DNA of 64,000 nt from an uncultured Pseudomonadota bacterium (GCA_963730695.1 CAVSSV010000033.1:1311-65310), one strand, 5' to 3'; counted from the stretch's first letter, positions 53,466 to 64,000 are shown. The notes: generated by a model from the letters alone, not told the origin. Translations and numbers: made by a program.

Positions 53466-54605
53466 TCATTTCGCGACGCGCGCGCCCTTGATGACCAGAT
53501 CGGCGGCGCGGGGGAGCTCGCCGAAGCGGCGCACGCGCGCGGCGAATGCGCGACTGTTTTCCCGCACGATTTTGTCGGCGAGCAAGGCCGTGACCGCGTC
53601 GCGGATTTCCAAAGGGGACGCCTCGGAGGAAAGCGCGCGGCCGAGGCCGAGCGTTTCGACGCGGGCGGCGTTGTCATTCTGATCGCGCCCATTCGGCAGG
53701 ACCAGCAACGGCGCGCCGGCGCCGGCGCTGAACATCGCGGTTCCCAAACCCCCATGCGTGACGACGAGATCGACGGCGGGCAAAATGGCGTCGTGCGGGG
53801 CGAAGGCGCGCGCTTCAAGGCCGCCTGAAATCGGCAGCGACTCCGGCGCAACCCCGCGCCCCGTCGTCACCAAGACTTCGAGCGGCAGCGTGCCCAGCGC
53901 CTCGCAGACGTTGCGCAGCGTCCGGTCCTGCTCCTGAAACACGCTGCTGAGGCTGACGAGCACGAAGGGGCGGTCCGGAAAGCGCCGCGGCCAGTGCGTC
54001 TCAGCCACCGGCTCGCGGATCGGCCCGACGAAATGCACATGCTCAGGAACCCGCTTCGCCGTGCCAAATTCGGGATAGGTGGTCGCGAGCACCGTCGGCG
54101 CGCGCTCCACGAGGTCGAAGAACGAAAGGCCTGTGTGGTGCGCGGCGAGCCCGCCAAGCTTGGCGACGACGTCCGCTTCGAGGTTCCAGGCGAGGTGATT
54201 GAGCACGACATAGGGCAGCCCGCGCGCGGCCACGTCCCGCAACGTCGTAAACAGCATGACGTCGATCACGCTGATGTCGGGGCGAAGCGCGTCGTGAACG
54301 GCGAGAAAATCCGACGCGAACGCAGCGGAGCCGCCGACATGATGGACGATGAACTCGGTCTCGGCGCCCGGCGCGTGGGGACGGGCGCCGTCCCATTGCG
54401 GCGCGGTTGCAAGCGCGTGGAAGCTTGCGCCGTCCGCGGCGATGGATTGGCTCAGCGAATTGTGGGTCAGCACATGGACGTCATGCCCGCGGCGCGTCAG
54501 TTCGCGCGCCAGCGCGCGCTGCGGCGGCACGTTGCCGCCGCCGTCCCAGTAGGTCAGCAGCGCCCGCAGCCGCTTGCGGCCCGTCCCCGTAATGTCCGTC
54601 GTCAT
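53466..54605 (-). CDS. GT-B family 1 glycosyltransferase (MGT/UDPGT-like)
   Basis: GGGNVPP..ALA.EL..RGH, PH.AILP..DLVVTHGG.GT, GRDQ.DNA.RV. Confidence 0.88.
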   Translation of the reverse strand: MTTDITGTGRKRLRALLTYWDGGGNVPPQRALARELTRRGHDVHVLTHNSLSQSIAADGASFHALATAPQWDGARPHAPGAETEFIVHHVGGSAAFASDFLAVHDALRPDISVIDVMLFTTLRDVAARGLPYVVLNHLAWNLEADVVAKLGGLAAHHTGLSFFDLVERAPTVLATTYPEFGTAKRVPEHVHFVGPIREPVAETHWPRRFPDRPFVLVSLSSVFQEQDRTLRNVCEALGTLPLEVLVTTGRGVAPESLPISGGLEARAFAPHDAILPAVDLVVTHGGLGTAMFSAGAGAPLLVLPNGRDQNDNAARVETLGLGRALSSEASPLEIRDAVTALLADKIVRENSRAFAARVRRFGELPRAADLVIKGARVAK

Positions 54606-55045
54606 GCCTGCCCCCTGCTTGAAGATGCCGTCCATCGCGTAAAGCGAACAACAGTGGCGACGCCAACGCCTTAATCGAAATGGCGCGCATGGGAAGACGA
54701 AGACGCGAACGGGAGTGGAATTTAAGCCTGACGCACGTCGGTAAAATACAATTCAGCCACGTGTGAAAGAGTGGCGGCGCGTAAACTAAATTCGGCAATC
54801 GCCATTGCTGGTTCAGGGGTTCTTAATGGCCGCGCGCCATTGTGGCCTCGGGTTCTATCGATTCCGCGCTCGGTGAGCGCGGGCCCGCAGGCATGAGGCC
54901 GTCAGATCCCGCCGGTCGCAATCCGGCATTTCCCGCGACTTCCATTTCCATCCAGTCGGCGCGCGACGCTTGCGTGGTGTCACGGTTCATCCCGCCTCCG
55001 CGCAGCGGACTCGCGTCGCCGCGCAAAGGTCGGGATCACTGCCCC

Positions 55046-55537
55046 ATGTTGAAACTCGCAAACGCTCTTAAAATCGTTGTTGTCTCCCTCGTGGCGCTCG
55101 CGGCAAGTTCCGGCCTAGCGGCCGCCGACGACGCCTTGTTTGTTGTCCATTCCAAGGACGGCAAGGTCACGCTCGACGTCACCGACGCGGTGATCGCGAA
55201 AGTCGGCGCGCATACGTACAAGGCGGTGCTGCCGTCCAGCGACGGCGCGGTCGTTACAGTGACCGGCCCTTATCTGCGCGATTTGTTGAAAGAGGCGCAT
55301 CTCACCGGCGCGCAAGTGACGGTGCGCGCCCTCGACAATTATGAAATGGCGGTTCCGGCGGAAGACTACGCCAAATACGACGTGATCTTGGCCACCGAAA
55401 TCAACGGCGCCAAGCTCTCGGTGCGCCAAAAGGGGCCGGCCTGGGTCGTGTACCCAACGGTCGATCATCCTGAAACGCAAAGCGAGGTCTACCAGTCGCG
55501 CAGCGTCTGGCAGGTGAAAGAACTCATCGTCGAATAG
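55046..55537 (+). CDS. Periplasmic protein, molybdopterin-oxidoreductase-like fold
   Basis: Signal peptide; TGP.LRDLL, ALDNY...P..D, ILA...NG..LSVRQKGP.WVVYP, RSVWQV. Confidence 0.75.
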   Translation: MLKLANALKIVVVSLVALAASSGLAAADDALFVVHSKDGKVTLDVTDAVIAKVGAHTYKAVLPSSDGAVVTVTGPYLRDLLKEAHLTGAQVTVRALDNYEMAVPAEDYAKYDVILATEINGAKLSVRQKGPAWVVYPTVDHPETQSEVYQSRSVWQVKELIVE

Positions 55538-55539
55538 CC

Positions 55540-57594
55540 ATGCTGCGAAAGGGGGCCAGCTGGCATTGGATTCGCGTCGCCCTGGTTCTGGGCTTGGCGG
55601 CGCCCATGCTCGCCTCGATGGAATATAGCATCAGCCAGTTGGCCGCCGGCCTCGATCAGGAACTCTACTATTCGGCGCGTCTTGAGGAGACCAGCAAACT
55701 CGACATGGAGGCGACGCGCCTGTTCGACGCCGCCGAGCTCTATGTCGAATTCGGCGGCGCGGACTTGCTCAAAGCGGTGAACACCAAGCTCGATCTGGTC
55801 TGGTCGCGGGTCGAGACCGCCAAGACCAAGAGTTATCAAACCGTTCTGGAAGAAGACAAGCAAGCCCTCTCCCTCATACCGGAACTGTATGACGCGCTGC
55901 CGTCGTTCGATGCTGCGGTCAAAGATTTACGGCCGGGGGATCGATCGAGCCTGAATGCGCTCGACGGCTTGAAACGGCGCTTCGGGCCGCGCCTCAATAG
56001 GCTTAGCGAATTGGCGTGGGGCTCGCGGGTGAAGCGCGTGTCCATGCTGGTCGAGCACAATCTTGCGACCGTCACGCTGGTGCGCTCCATTCAAACGGGA
56101 TTTGCCGCGATGTCGGCGCTCGGCTTGTTCCTGTTGTTGTTCGAGCTCTGGTCGACGCGACGCATGAATCGCCGCCTCAACGATCTGGTGGCCGAGAAGC
56201 GGCACTTGTTGTCGACCGACATGCTGACAGGGATCTGCAACCGCGCCGCCTTCGAAGCTCAGCTCTCACAGCTCTATGTCGACCCCGAGCGCAATTTCTC
56301 GGCCGTCTATATCGATCTCGATGGTTTTAAGAAGGTCAACGACACGTTCGGCCACGCCGCGGGCGACGATCTGCTGAGGGACGTCGGCGGCATTCTCGGC
56401 GCGCTGGCTGGCGCGCAAGACATGGTGGCCCGTTTCGGCGGCGACGAATTCGCCGCGCTGATTGTCGGCGGCCGCGTCCGCGCGGAGGCTTTTGTCGAAG
56501 GCCTGATGAGCCGCGTGCGCGCCCTCAAACCCGCCAATCAGGCGATTTTTACGGTCTCGGTCAGCGCGGGCGTCTGCCATTCGACGGAAGCGACGCTCGC
56601 CGAGTCCTTCGGCGCGATGATGAGAAACGCCGATGTGGCGCTGTATTCGGCCAAGCAGGCCGGCCGCGACCGCATCCATTGTTTCTCGCGCGACATGTTG
56701 GCGGCCCACGAATTGCTCGCCAAGCTCGAGCAAATGTTGCCGGTCGCCATCGCCGAAGGCGCCTTGCAGGCCGCTTTCCAACCGATCGTGAATGTCGAAA
56801 CCGGGCGCGCCTTTTGCGCCGAGGCGCTGGTGCGCTGGAATGCGCCCGGCATCGGGCCGGTGCCGGCGGATCGCATCATCGAGATCGCCGAACGCGCCGG
56901 GCGGATCGGCGACCTGACGACGCTAATGCTGCGCGGCGCCGTCGAAATGCGCCGCAACTTGCAATCCGCGGGGCACAAGATTGACATCTCCGTCAATTTG
57001 TCGCCGACGTTGCTGGCGAAGGAGGGCCTTGCGCTCGAACTCAGCCGCTTTCTCGCGCAGAACGGCGTCGCGCCCGGCGGCATTTACTTCGAGCTGACGG
57101 AAACCTCTCAAATCGCCGAAAGTCCCGCGGCCGAAGCCAATATCAGGGATTTGCAACTGTCGGGGATCCCGATCGCCGTCGACGACTTCGGCAAGGCCTA
57201 TTCCAATATGCATCGCCTGATGAAGATCAACTTTCGTCTGCTGAAGCTCGACAAGCAGATTATCGACAGCATCACCTCATCGCCCCGAGCTCTGCAGATT
57301 CTTTCGGGACTGAACAGCCTCGCTGAAGCGGTCGGCGCCGAGACGGTCGCTGAAGGCGTCGAGACGGCGGAGCAATTGAATGTGCTGACCCAAGCCGGCA
57401 TCCGCAATGCACAAGGCTACCACTTCTCGGGGCCGCTGCTTCGCAATGATTTCTTGGCCTATTTGTCTGGCCACGCGTCCGCCGGCTCGAACGTCGTCTC
57501 GTTGGGGACGCGACTGAAATCAGGCGCACTAAGCCATGAGCCGAGCGATCGGCTCGTGCGGAATTACCGTGGCACTTGCTTCAATACCCAATGA
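55540..57594 (+). CDS. Membrane-bound GGDEF-EAL protein
   Basis: Two TM helices around a helical periplasmic domain; DLDGFK.VND, GGDEF, EAL, DDFG, AEGVE. Confidence 0.92.
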   Translation: MLRKGASWHWIRVALVLGLAAPMLASMEYSISQLAAGLDQELYYSARLEETSKLDMEATRLFDAAELYVEFGGADLLKAVNTKLDLVWSRVETAKTKSYQTVLEEDKQALSLIPELYDALPSFDAAVKDLRPGDRSSLNALDGLKRRFGPRLNRLSELAWGSRVKRVSMLVEHNLATVTLVRSIQTGFAAMSALGLFLLLFELWSTRRMNRRLNDLVAEKRHLLSTDMLTGICNRAAFEAQLSQLYVDPERNFSAVYIDLDGFKKVNDTFGHAAGDDLLRDVGGILGALAGAQDMVARFGGDEFAALIVGGRVRAEAFVEGLMSRVRALKPANQAIFTVSVSAGVCHSTEATLAESFGAMMRNADVALYSAKQAGRDRIHCFSRDMLAAHELLAKLEQMLPVAIAEGALQAAFQPIVNVETGRAFCAEALVRWNAPGIGPVPADRIIEIAERAGRIGDLTTLMLRGAVEMRRNLQSAGHKIDISVNLSPTLLAKEGLALELSRFLAQNGVAPGGIYFELTETSQIAESPAAEANIRDLQLSGIPIAVDDFGKAYSNMHRLMKINFRLLKLDKQIIDSITSSPRALQILSGLNSLAEAVGAETVAEGVETAEQLNVLTQAGIRNAQGYHFSGPLLRNDFLAYLSGHASAGSNVVSLGTRLKSGALSHEPSDRLVRNYRGTCFNTQ

Positions 57595-57709
57595 GCCCGC
57601 GAGCATGTTTGCCTATCGCAATGTTTAGTCAGGCCCGTTACCGAGCGCTGGACTGGCCGCTGTGCACGATCCATAATTATAGATTACAATTTATCAATGG
57701 ATCGTCCAG

Positions 57710-58180
57710 TTGGACCCGCTCAGTGATGTGATCGCCCTGCTTCGGCCGAGCACGGCCGTGTCGAAGCTCATCTCCGGCCGGGGCGTCTGGGCCGTGCGCT
57801 ATGCCGCCCACGATGCCCCCGGCTTCACGATCATTCTGAAAGGCGAATGCTGGATTGCATTTGAGGGCGAGGAGCCCTTGCAGCTGGAGACGGGCGCATT
57901 TCTGCTGCTGCCGTCGACCCCTGCCTTCACGTTGAGCCGTCACCCCGGCGCGGCCGGGACGCCGACAGACCCGATGGATGTGCCCGTTCGCCATGGCGAG
58001 CAGGAGGGCGAAGCGGATTTCGAGTCGCTGGGCGGCACGTTTCGCATTGAGACGGCGAATGCCACGCTGCTGCTCGCCCTGTTGCCGCGCATGATTCATG
58101 TTCCGCCGTCCGAAAGGCGATCGGCACGGCTCGGTCGGCTGATCGATCTCATCGCGGAGGAGTGCCGTGGCGCCGACGCG
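57710..58180 (+). pseudogene. AraC-family regulator, Cupin_6 N-terminal half only
   Basis: DPLSDVIALLRP..GRG.WAVRY, LL.LLP.MIHV; HTH half absent. Confidence 0.78.
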
Positions 58181-58188
58181 GTTGCGCT

Positions 58189-58272
58189 CATACGAAGATA
58201 GAGCGCACGGTGCGCTATCCCGGTGTCGACGTCGAGGACGCGCTCGCCCTCTCCGAGAATACGGAAGTCTAG
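58189..58272 (+). pseudogene. C-terminal remnant of a tyrosine recombinase/integrase
   Basis: My translation (not in the ORF track): HTKIERTVRYPGVDVEDALALSENTEV*, matching the GHTKIESTVRYLGV.VDDAL..SE integrase tail. Confidence 0.75.
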
Positions 58273-58280
58273 CAAGCAAC

Positions 58281-58310
58281 GGGCTCGTCAGCCCATTGGC
58301 CGACGAGCCC
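58281..58310 (+). terminator. Hairpin after integrase remnant
   Basis: GGGCTCGTC...GACGAGCCC 9-bp stem. Confidence 0.55.
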
Positions 58311-58470
58311 AGTCAAAATGCGCCCAGGGCGGCCGTTCAGCCGGTGTTCGCGGCTTCTCGGAAACAGACGTTCCGGCGACCGAATCGTTAGTCCGACTTT
58401 CATCCGGCCCTCTCCAAGGCTCTGAAGCTTAGCAACTTCAGCTTACTCGCTCCGGACCTGGATGGACGGC

Positions 58471-59565
58471 CTATTGAAAGCTCACATTTAGCCGCTGGCG
58501 CGAACTGCGCCAGCGGCTTGGTGTCGTGCCAGACCAGGCTTTGAACGCGCGCGTGAAGGCGCTTTGTTCCGCGAAGCCGAGAGTGGAAGCGATTTCGGAG
58601 AGGGATTTCTCTTTGAGAAGAAGCCCTCTCGCGATATCGTAGCGCGACGCGTCGGCTAGTGCAAAATACGTTGTCGCTAGCGGCTTTAAACGACGGGCCA
58701 GCTCGCGCGGACTGACGCCGAGCGCTCGGCACACCGCCTGCCGCGAAAGCGTTCTTGCCGCGATTTGGGCGCGGATGCTCGCTTTCACTGCGGAGAGAAA
58801 ATCCGGGCTCGCGTTCAAAAGCGCCTCTTCAAGCAAGGGCGCAAGGATGTTCCTGTAGGCGGGATCAGGACTTCGAACGGGCGCGTCCAGGGTCGCGGCG
58901 TCGAACTCGATGCAGGTGCGCGGCGCTTCGAATTGCAACGGAGCGCCGAAGAATTGCGCGAATAGCTTCTTGTCGAACGGCGGTTTGCGGGCGAATAGCG
59001 CACGGGAGGGGCGCCAACCGGCTCCGCAGAGCTGGCGCATCGTATTGACGGCGATCGCCAGCGAAGCGTCCTCGATCTGCTCAACCGCCAGAATATCTGG
59101 GACGAAAACGGAATAGCCGAAGTAGGCCAGACCGGCTTGGACCGTCAAAAGGGCGGTCCCGCCGGTATCGCTGGTCCTTAACGTCTTGATGATCACAGCG
59201 ATGCTGTCGCGCACAGTCGGCGAGTTAATGGAGACGATGCCGGTCAGGCCCATCGCGGATGCATTCGACTTCACCCCGACGCGCAAGCCGAAGTCATCGC
59301 ATCCGCTTGCTTCGACGCATGCAGCAACGAAGCGGCCCAGCAAAGAGTAGGGAAGGATGTTCTCCGGGTTGGCGAACGCTTCGGGCGCAATCCCGCATTT
59401 ACTTAGTACAATTTGGGGATCTACGCTCAGATCTTGCAACACGGATAGCGTTTCGAGCGCATTTCTGACCTTGACAGTCGCCACGGCGGTCGCGGGTTCC
59501 AAAGGAAATTCCTGGTCGATGTTTCTGAGATCAGCTTGCTGCCGCAACTTCGCCCAATTTGTCAA
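58471..59565 (-). CDS. AraC-family regulator (Arabinose_bd_2 + HTH)
   Basis: SGCDDFGLRVG, FFGAP.QF, IA..LGFAEQSAFTRAFKAWSG.TP..WR. Confidence 0.9.
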   Translation of the reverse strand: MTNWAKLRQQADLRNIDQEFPLEPATAVATVKVRNALETLSVLQDLSVDPQIVLSKCGIAPEAFANPENILPYSLLGRFVAACVEASGCDDFGLRVGVKSNASAMGLTGIVSINSPTVRDSIAVIIKTLRTSDTGGTALLTVQAGLAYFGYSVFVPDILAVEQIEDASLAIAVNTMRQLCGAGWRPSRALFARKPPFDKKLFAQFFGAPLQFEAPRTCIEFDAATLDAPVRSPDPAYRNILAPLLEEALLNASPDFLSAVKASIRAQIAARTLSRQAVCRALGVSPRELARRLKPLATTYFALADASRYDIARGLLLKEKSLSEIASTLGFAEQSAFTRAFKAWSGTTPSRWRSSRQRLNVSFQ

Positions 59566-59678
59566 AAATGCGTCCCCTCCGTCAATGACATGGGCAATCA
59601 GTCCGCCTAGGGAGCCGCCTCAAGCGCGCTGACGGAAGCGATGTCGTCAGCGCCCAAATGGCGGAACGGAGAAATCGA

Positions 59679-60035
59679 ATGCGTATGACGGTGATAGGGG
59701 CGATCGCGACGGCGTGGGTTCTCGCAGGCGCAGCCAAGGCCGATCCGGTCGATCTTTCGGCCTATGTCGACAAGAACGGTTCTCTCGACGTCCAGACGCT
59801 TACCTGCGCTCAACTCGCCAATACCTACCAAGAAGACGCGGACGCGCTGACCTCCTGGTACAGCGGCTGGTACAACGGGCTCGCCCACAGGCACTTCCTC
59901 GACTACAAAAAGGGCCGCATCGCCGAGCATGACGTCATCGAATATTGCAAGGCGCATCAAAATGAGAAGATCATCCACGCCATCAGCGTCGTGTTCAAGG
60001 ACATGCGCGCCGAACAGGGCATCGAGATGAAATAG
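59679..60035 (+). CDS. HdeA/HdeB-family periplasmic acid-stress chaperone-like protein
   Basis: Signal peptide, LTCAQL...W..GWY.G...YCK.H pattern. Confidence 0.75.
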   Translation: MRMTVIGAIATAWVLAGAAKADPVDLSAYVDKNGSLDVQTLTCAQLANTYQEDADALTSWYSGWYNGLAHRHFLDYKKGRIAEHDVIEYCKAHQNEKIIHAISVVFKDMRAEQGIEMK

Positions 60036-60109
60036 GCTTAGCGACGAGCGTCACGTCGCTGTCGCTCAGAGCGTGAACTTCTGTTTTCGGCAGGTCGGGG
60101 AACTCCGCA

Positions 60110-62589
60110 ATGAGCATGAATAGGCGTCAATTATTTTTGCATTCAGCGCGCGGCGCGATCGCCTCCGGTTTGGCGGCGGTCGGTTTGAGCAGACCGGCGC
60201 AGGCGCAGTCCGCCACGTCTACGGCCTTTCCCGACAGCAAGTCCCTTCCGATCCCGACGCCGCCGTTCACCGGCGACATCGAGCCCAATCTCGTCGATTC
60301 CTCGCCCGGCTGGCCTCCCACCGTTGCGCCGCCGAAGGGGCGACCAACGTCCTCCTCGTGCTGCTCGATGACGCTGGCTTTGGCTCCAATTCGGCGTTCG
60401 GCGGTCTCGTGCCTACCCCTACTCTTGAAAAGCTGGCCAAAAGCGGCATCCGCTACACGCAGATGCACAACACGGCGCTTTGTTCGCCGACCCGCGCGGC
60501 GCTGCTCACAGGGCGAAACCATCACGCGGTCGGCTTCGGCAACATCGCCGAGGCGGCCACCGGGTATCCCGGCTACAACTCGATCATTCCGCCGGAAACG
60601 GCGCATATCGCGATGACGTTGAAGGAGAACGGCTATTCCACCGCCTGGATCGGCAAAAACCACAACGTTCCGACCTGGGAGGCCTCGCCGCAGGGTCCCT
60701 TCGAGCAATGGCCGACCGGCCAGGGTTACGACTTTTTCTATGGCTTCGTCGGCGGCGACACGAGCCAGTGGCAGCCGGGCAACCTCTTCCGCAACACGAC
60801 GCCGATCCATCCCTACGAAGGCAAGACGGGCTGGAACCTCAACACGGCCCTCGCTGACGAGGCGATCGAGTACATCAGCGGCCAGACCGCGATCAATCCC
60901 GAGCGTCCCTGGTTCATCCATTACGCGCCCGGCGCGACCCACGCCCCGCACCATCCGACCAAGGAATGGGACGACAAGATCAGCGCGATGCAGCTCTTCG
61001 ACGACGGCTGGAACGCCGTCGCGGAACGCATCTTCGAGAACCAGAAGAAACTCGGCGTTGTGCCCGCGAACGCGAAGCTGCCGCCCTGGCCGGATTTCCT
61101 CCCGAAATGGGAGACGCTGAACGCCGACCAAAAGAAGCTATACCTGCGCCAGATCGACGTGTGGGCGGCCTATTTGGCCTACACCGACCACGAAATCGGC
61201 CGCATCGTCGAAACAATCGAGAAACTCGGAGCCTACGACAACACCCTCATCGTCTTTGTCTGCGGCGACAATGGGATGAGCGCCGAAGGCTCGCTCAACG
61301 GCACGTCCAACGAGGTCGCGTACTTCAACGGCATCGAGTTCACGGTCGAGCAGATGCTGCCGCTGATTCCCGCCTGGGGCACCGATCGCACCTACAACCA
61401 CTATGCCGTGCCGTGGGCCTTCGCGATGGACACGCCCTATCGTTGGTGCAAACAGGTCGCCTCGCATCTGGGCGGCACGCGCACCGGCATGGTGGTGAGT
61501 TGGCCCAGCCGCATTAAGGACGCGGGCGGCATCCGGCATCAATTCCACCATGTCATCGACGTCGGCCCGACCATCTTGGAAGCGATCGGCATTCCGCAGC
61601 CCAACGTGGTAAACGGGATCGCGCAACGGCCCTTCGATGGCGTCAGCCTGTCCTACACTTGGGACAAGGCGAACGCGGCCGCGCCTTCGACCCGAAAAAC
61701 GCAATATTTCGAAATCCTCGGCAACCGCGCGATCTATCACGACGGCTGGATGGCCAACACGATTCCTGCGGCGCCGCCGTGGGCGGGCGTCAACGGCCAC
61801 GTGCCGACGGACGTGCTGAACGGCTACGAGTGGGAACTCTTCAACCTCATCGACGACCCGACCCAGACGAACGACCTGTCAAAACAGGAACCCGAACGCC
61901 TTCGCTCGATGCAGGAGCTTTGGCTGATCGAGGCTGAGCGCAATCAGGTGCTGCCGCTTAACAACTCGCTCGTCGCAGTGCTGACCGTTGAACGGCCGGG
62001 GCCGGCCGCGGGGCGAAAGCAGTTCGTCTACACCAAACCCCTGACCTCTAACCAGTTCGGGGTTTCTCCTGGTATTCTCAACCGCTCGTACAAGATCACG
62101 GCCGAGTTCGAGGTGCCGGAGAGCGGCGCCAACGGCGTGCTCGTCACGTGCGGCGGACGCTTCTCCGGATACGCGCTGTATCTTAAGGATGGCAAGCCGA
62201 CATTCACGATGAACTTGCTCGATGTCGAACGGCCGAAATGGCAAAGCGACCTGCCGCTGAAAGCCGGGAAGCACACGATCGTCTTCGACTGGACGATGGA
62301 CCCGCAGGGCCTCCCGGTCGGGCGCGGCGGAACCGGCGCGCTCTCTGTCGACGGCGCCGAGGTCGCGCGCATGTCACTGCCGAAGACCATTCCCTTCATC
62401 TGGGCCTGGGACGAAACGTTCGACGTAGGCCTCGACACCGGCACGTCCGTGGACGACTCGGATTACGCAGCGCCGTTCCCGTTCACGGGGAAATTCGGCA
62501 AGGTCCAGTTCGATCTTGGCGAGTCGAGCATGACCCCCGAGGCGATCAAGGCGATGATGGAGGCGCTGGCGAAGAGGCGCGACCGCTGA
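60110..62589 (+). CDS. Tat-exported Cys-type arylsulfatase (frameshift near 60345)
   Basis: NRRQLF Tat motif, LDD.G.G, CSPTRAALLTGRNHH, GK.H, HAPH, DNG, C-terminal beta domain. Confidence 0.92.
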
Positions 62590-62649
62590 TCTTTAATTTT
62601 TCCGCGCTTGCACTTTGAGTGGTTTATATTGCCAGGATCCGGATGTTTT

Positions 62650-62680
62650 TCGGGCTGTGCTCAAGCTCGCACAGCCCGAC
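62650..62680 (+). terminator. Hairpin downstream of the sulfatase
   Basis: TCGGGCTGTGC...GCACAGCCCGA 11-bp stem. Confidence 0.5.
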
Positions 62681-62739
62681 GCGCGGTCATGGAATGTCCG
62701 CTAATTCTTGAAATCTCCTGAAACCCGCCCTTCCGCTAT

Positions 62740-64000
62740 CGTGAAGAGTTTCGGATGCCGTTTGGCGTCCGAAAGTCCCCGAGGAACGAACCCGCGGCGT
62801 GCAGCGCGAGACTTATGGGGATTTGATGTTTTGGTTGTGCCGGGGTGGGCGGTCGTGAAGTGCGCCGAGCGTCTTCGATTGCGCATGTCGAGAACATTGC
62901 GTGACGATCACGGCCGAAGTCCGAGGCGGTAGACTGGCTATTTCGGCGATCACTGGGGAGATCGGTGCTTTTCTAGACGCGCGCGTGGCGATCGGCGCGT
63001 GGGGCGTCGGTTGTCGAAGCGATGTGGCGACGACATGACATGGGAAAGAACAGTGCGGGGTCACGACGGGGCCTCGGTGGCGCGAGGCGGCGCACGCGGC
63101 TGCATCCACCGCTCGAAGGTCTCGATGATGCGCATGCGTCCGCCGCAGCAGGGACAGGGCGGGAGCAAGTCAGGCGGCTCTTCGGCCTTGAAAGCTTCTG
63201 ACGGCGGCGATGATGCAGCCAGCAGTTCTCGGACGCGGGCGATGTTAGTCTTGCGTGTCGCGCTCGCGAACAATCCGTAATGCCGGATGCGGTGGAAGCC
63301 GTGCGGCAGGACGTGCAGCAGGAACCGGCGCATGAACTCGTGGGCTTCGAGCGTCATGACCTGCTGGCGCTCTGGGCCGCTGCGCCGGTAGTCCTTGTAG
63401 CGGAAGGTCACGCCGGCTTTGTCAAAGGCGATCAGGCGGCCGTTCGAGATTGCGACCCGGTGCGTGTAGAGCGAGAGATAAGCGAGCACCGCTTCGGGGC
63501 CGCTAAACGGCGCCTTGGCATAGACCACCCATCGCTTCTTCCTGAGCGGCACGAGATGGCGAAGGAAGGTGCGTCGTTCGGCAAGGTCGGCTTGGGCGCC
63601 GAAGAAGACGAGCTTGCCGGCGTCGTGAAGCTCGACCAACCGAGTTCAGAAACAGTCGGCGGAAGAGCGCGCCCAGAACGCGCACCGGCAGGAGGAAGGC
63701 CGGACGCGACGATATCCATCGCCGCCCATCGAGCGAGATGCCGCCGCCCGGCACGATCATGTGGACATGCGGATGATGCGTCATCGCCGAACCCCAGGTG
63801 TGGAGCACGGCGGTGATGCCGATGCGCGCGCCAAGATGCTGGGGGTCGGCGGCGATCGTCATCATTGTCTCGGAGGCGGCCCGGAACAACAGATCGTAGA
63901 CGACCGCCTTGTTCTGCCAGGCGATGTCGGCGATCTCGGCCGGCAGCGTGAAGACGACATGGAAATAGCCGACCGGCAACAGATCGGCCTTGCGCTCGGC
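62740..64000 (-). mobile_element. IS91-family rolling-circle element (partial); downstream end near 62740
   Basis: Transposase plus ~320-nt downstream region ending in the TTTCGGATGCC-GTTT-GGCGTCCGAAA hairpin; boundary inferred. Confidence 0.7.
63061..64000 (-). CDS. IS91-family (Y2 HUH) transposase, 5' end off window, frameshift near 63640
   Basis: YFHVVFTLP, LHTWG..HPHVH, YLSLYTHR, RFLLHVLP.GFHRIRHYG, CPCCGG. Confidence 0.92.

Noticed and set aside
54823-55026. Small minus-strand ORF between the glycosyltransferase and the periplasmic gene
   Set aside because: No motif, low-complexity translation, and it occupies the likely promoter region of the 55046 gene

Overview
GC-rich chromosomal segment of an alphaproteobacterium, most likely Hyphomicrobiales/Rhizobiales (inferred from gene order and protein style). 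About 1-45 kb is mostly core genome: murD-ftsW-murG, uppP, dsbA, rne, amiC, pbp1A, prfB (programmed frameshift), rph, rpmE, ndk, rarA, gloA, and a DNA-repair block (Ku, a LigD without a ligase domain, and a radical-SAM/UdgX operon with a LexA box). About 45-64 kb is an accessory mosaic: an IS630, an orphan IS5-like end, an ABC importer flanked by two 5-formyl-THF-cycloligase-like paralogues, a GGDEF-EAL module, an AraC/integrase deletion scar, hdeA-like and arylsulfatase genes, and an IS91-family element. Many genes, including essential ones, carry clustered single-base frameshifts, most likely long-read indel errors. murG is fused head-to-head to a truncated efflux adaptor gene (probable chimera or inversion). 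No rRNA, tRNA or CRISPR array was seen. The most interesting items are an iGluR-topology channel with an AMPA-like (Q/R-site) pore rather than TVGYG, the ligase-less LigD with an internal SD-ATG, the dual COG0212-like/THI5-type ABC operon, and a nested palindrome array with a CtrA box at about 8.5 kb. All family assignments are by eye; no database search was run.
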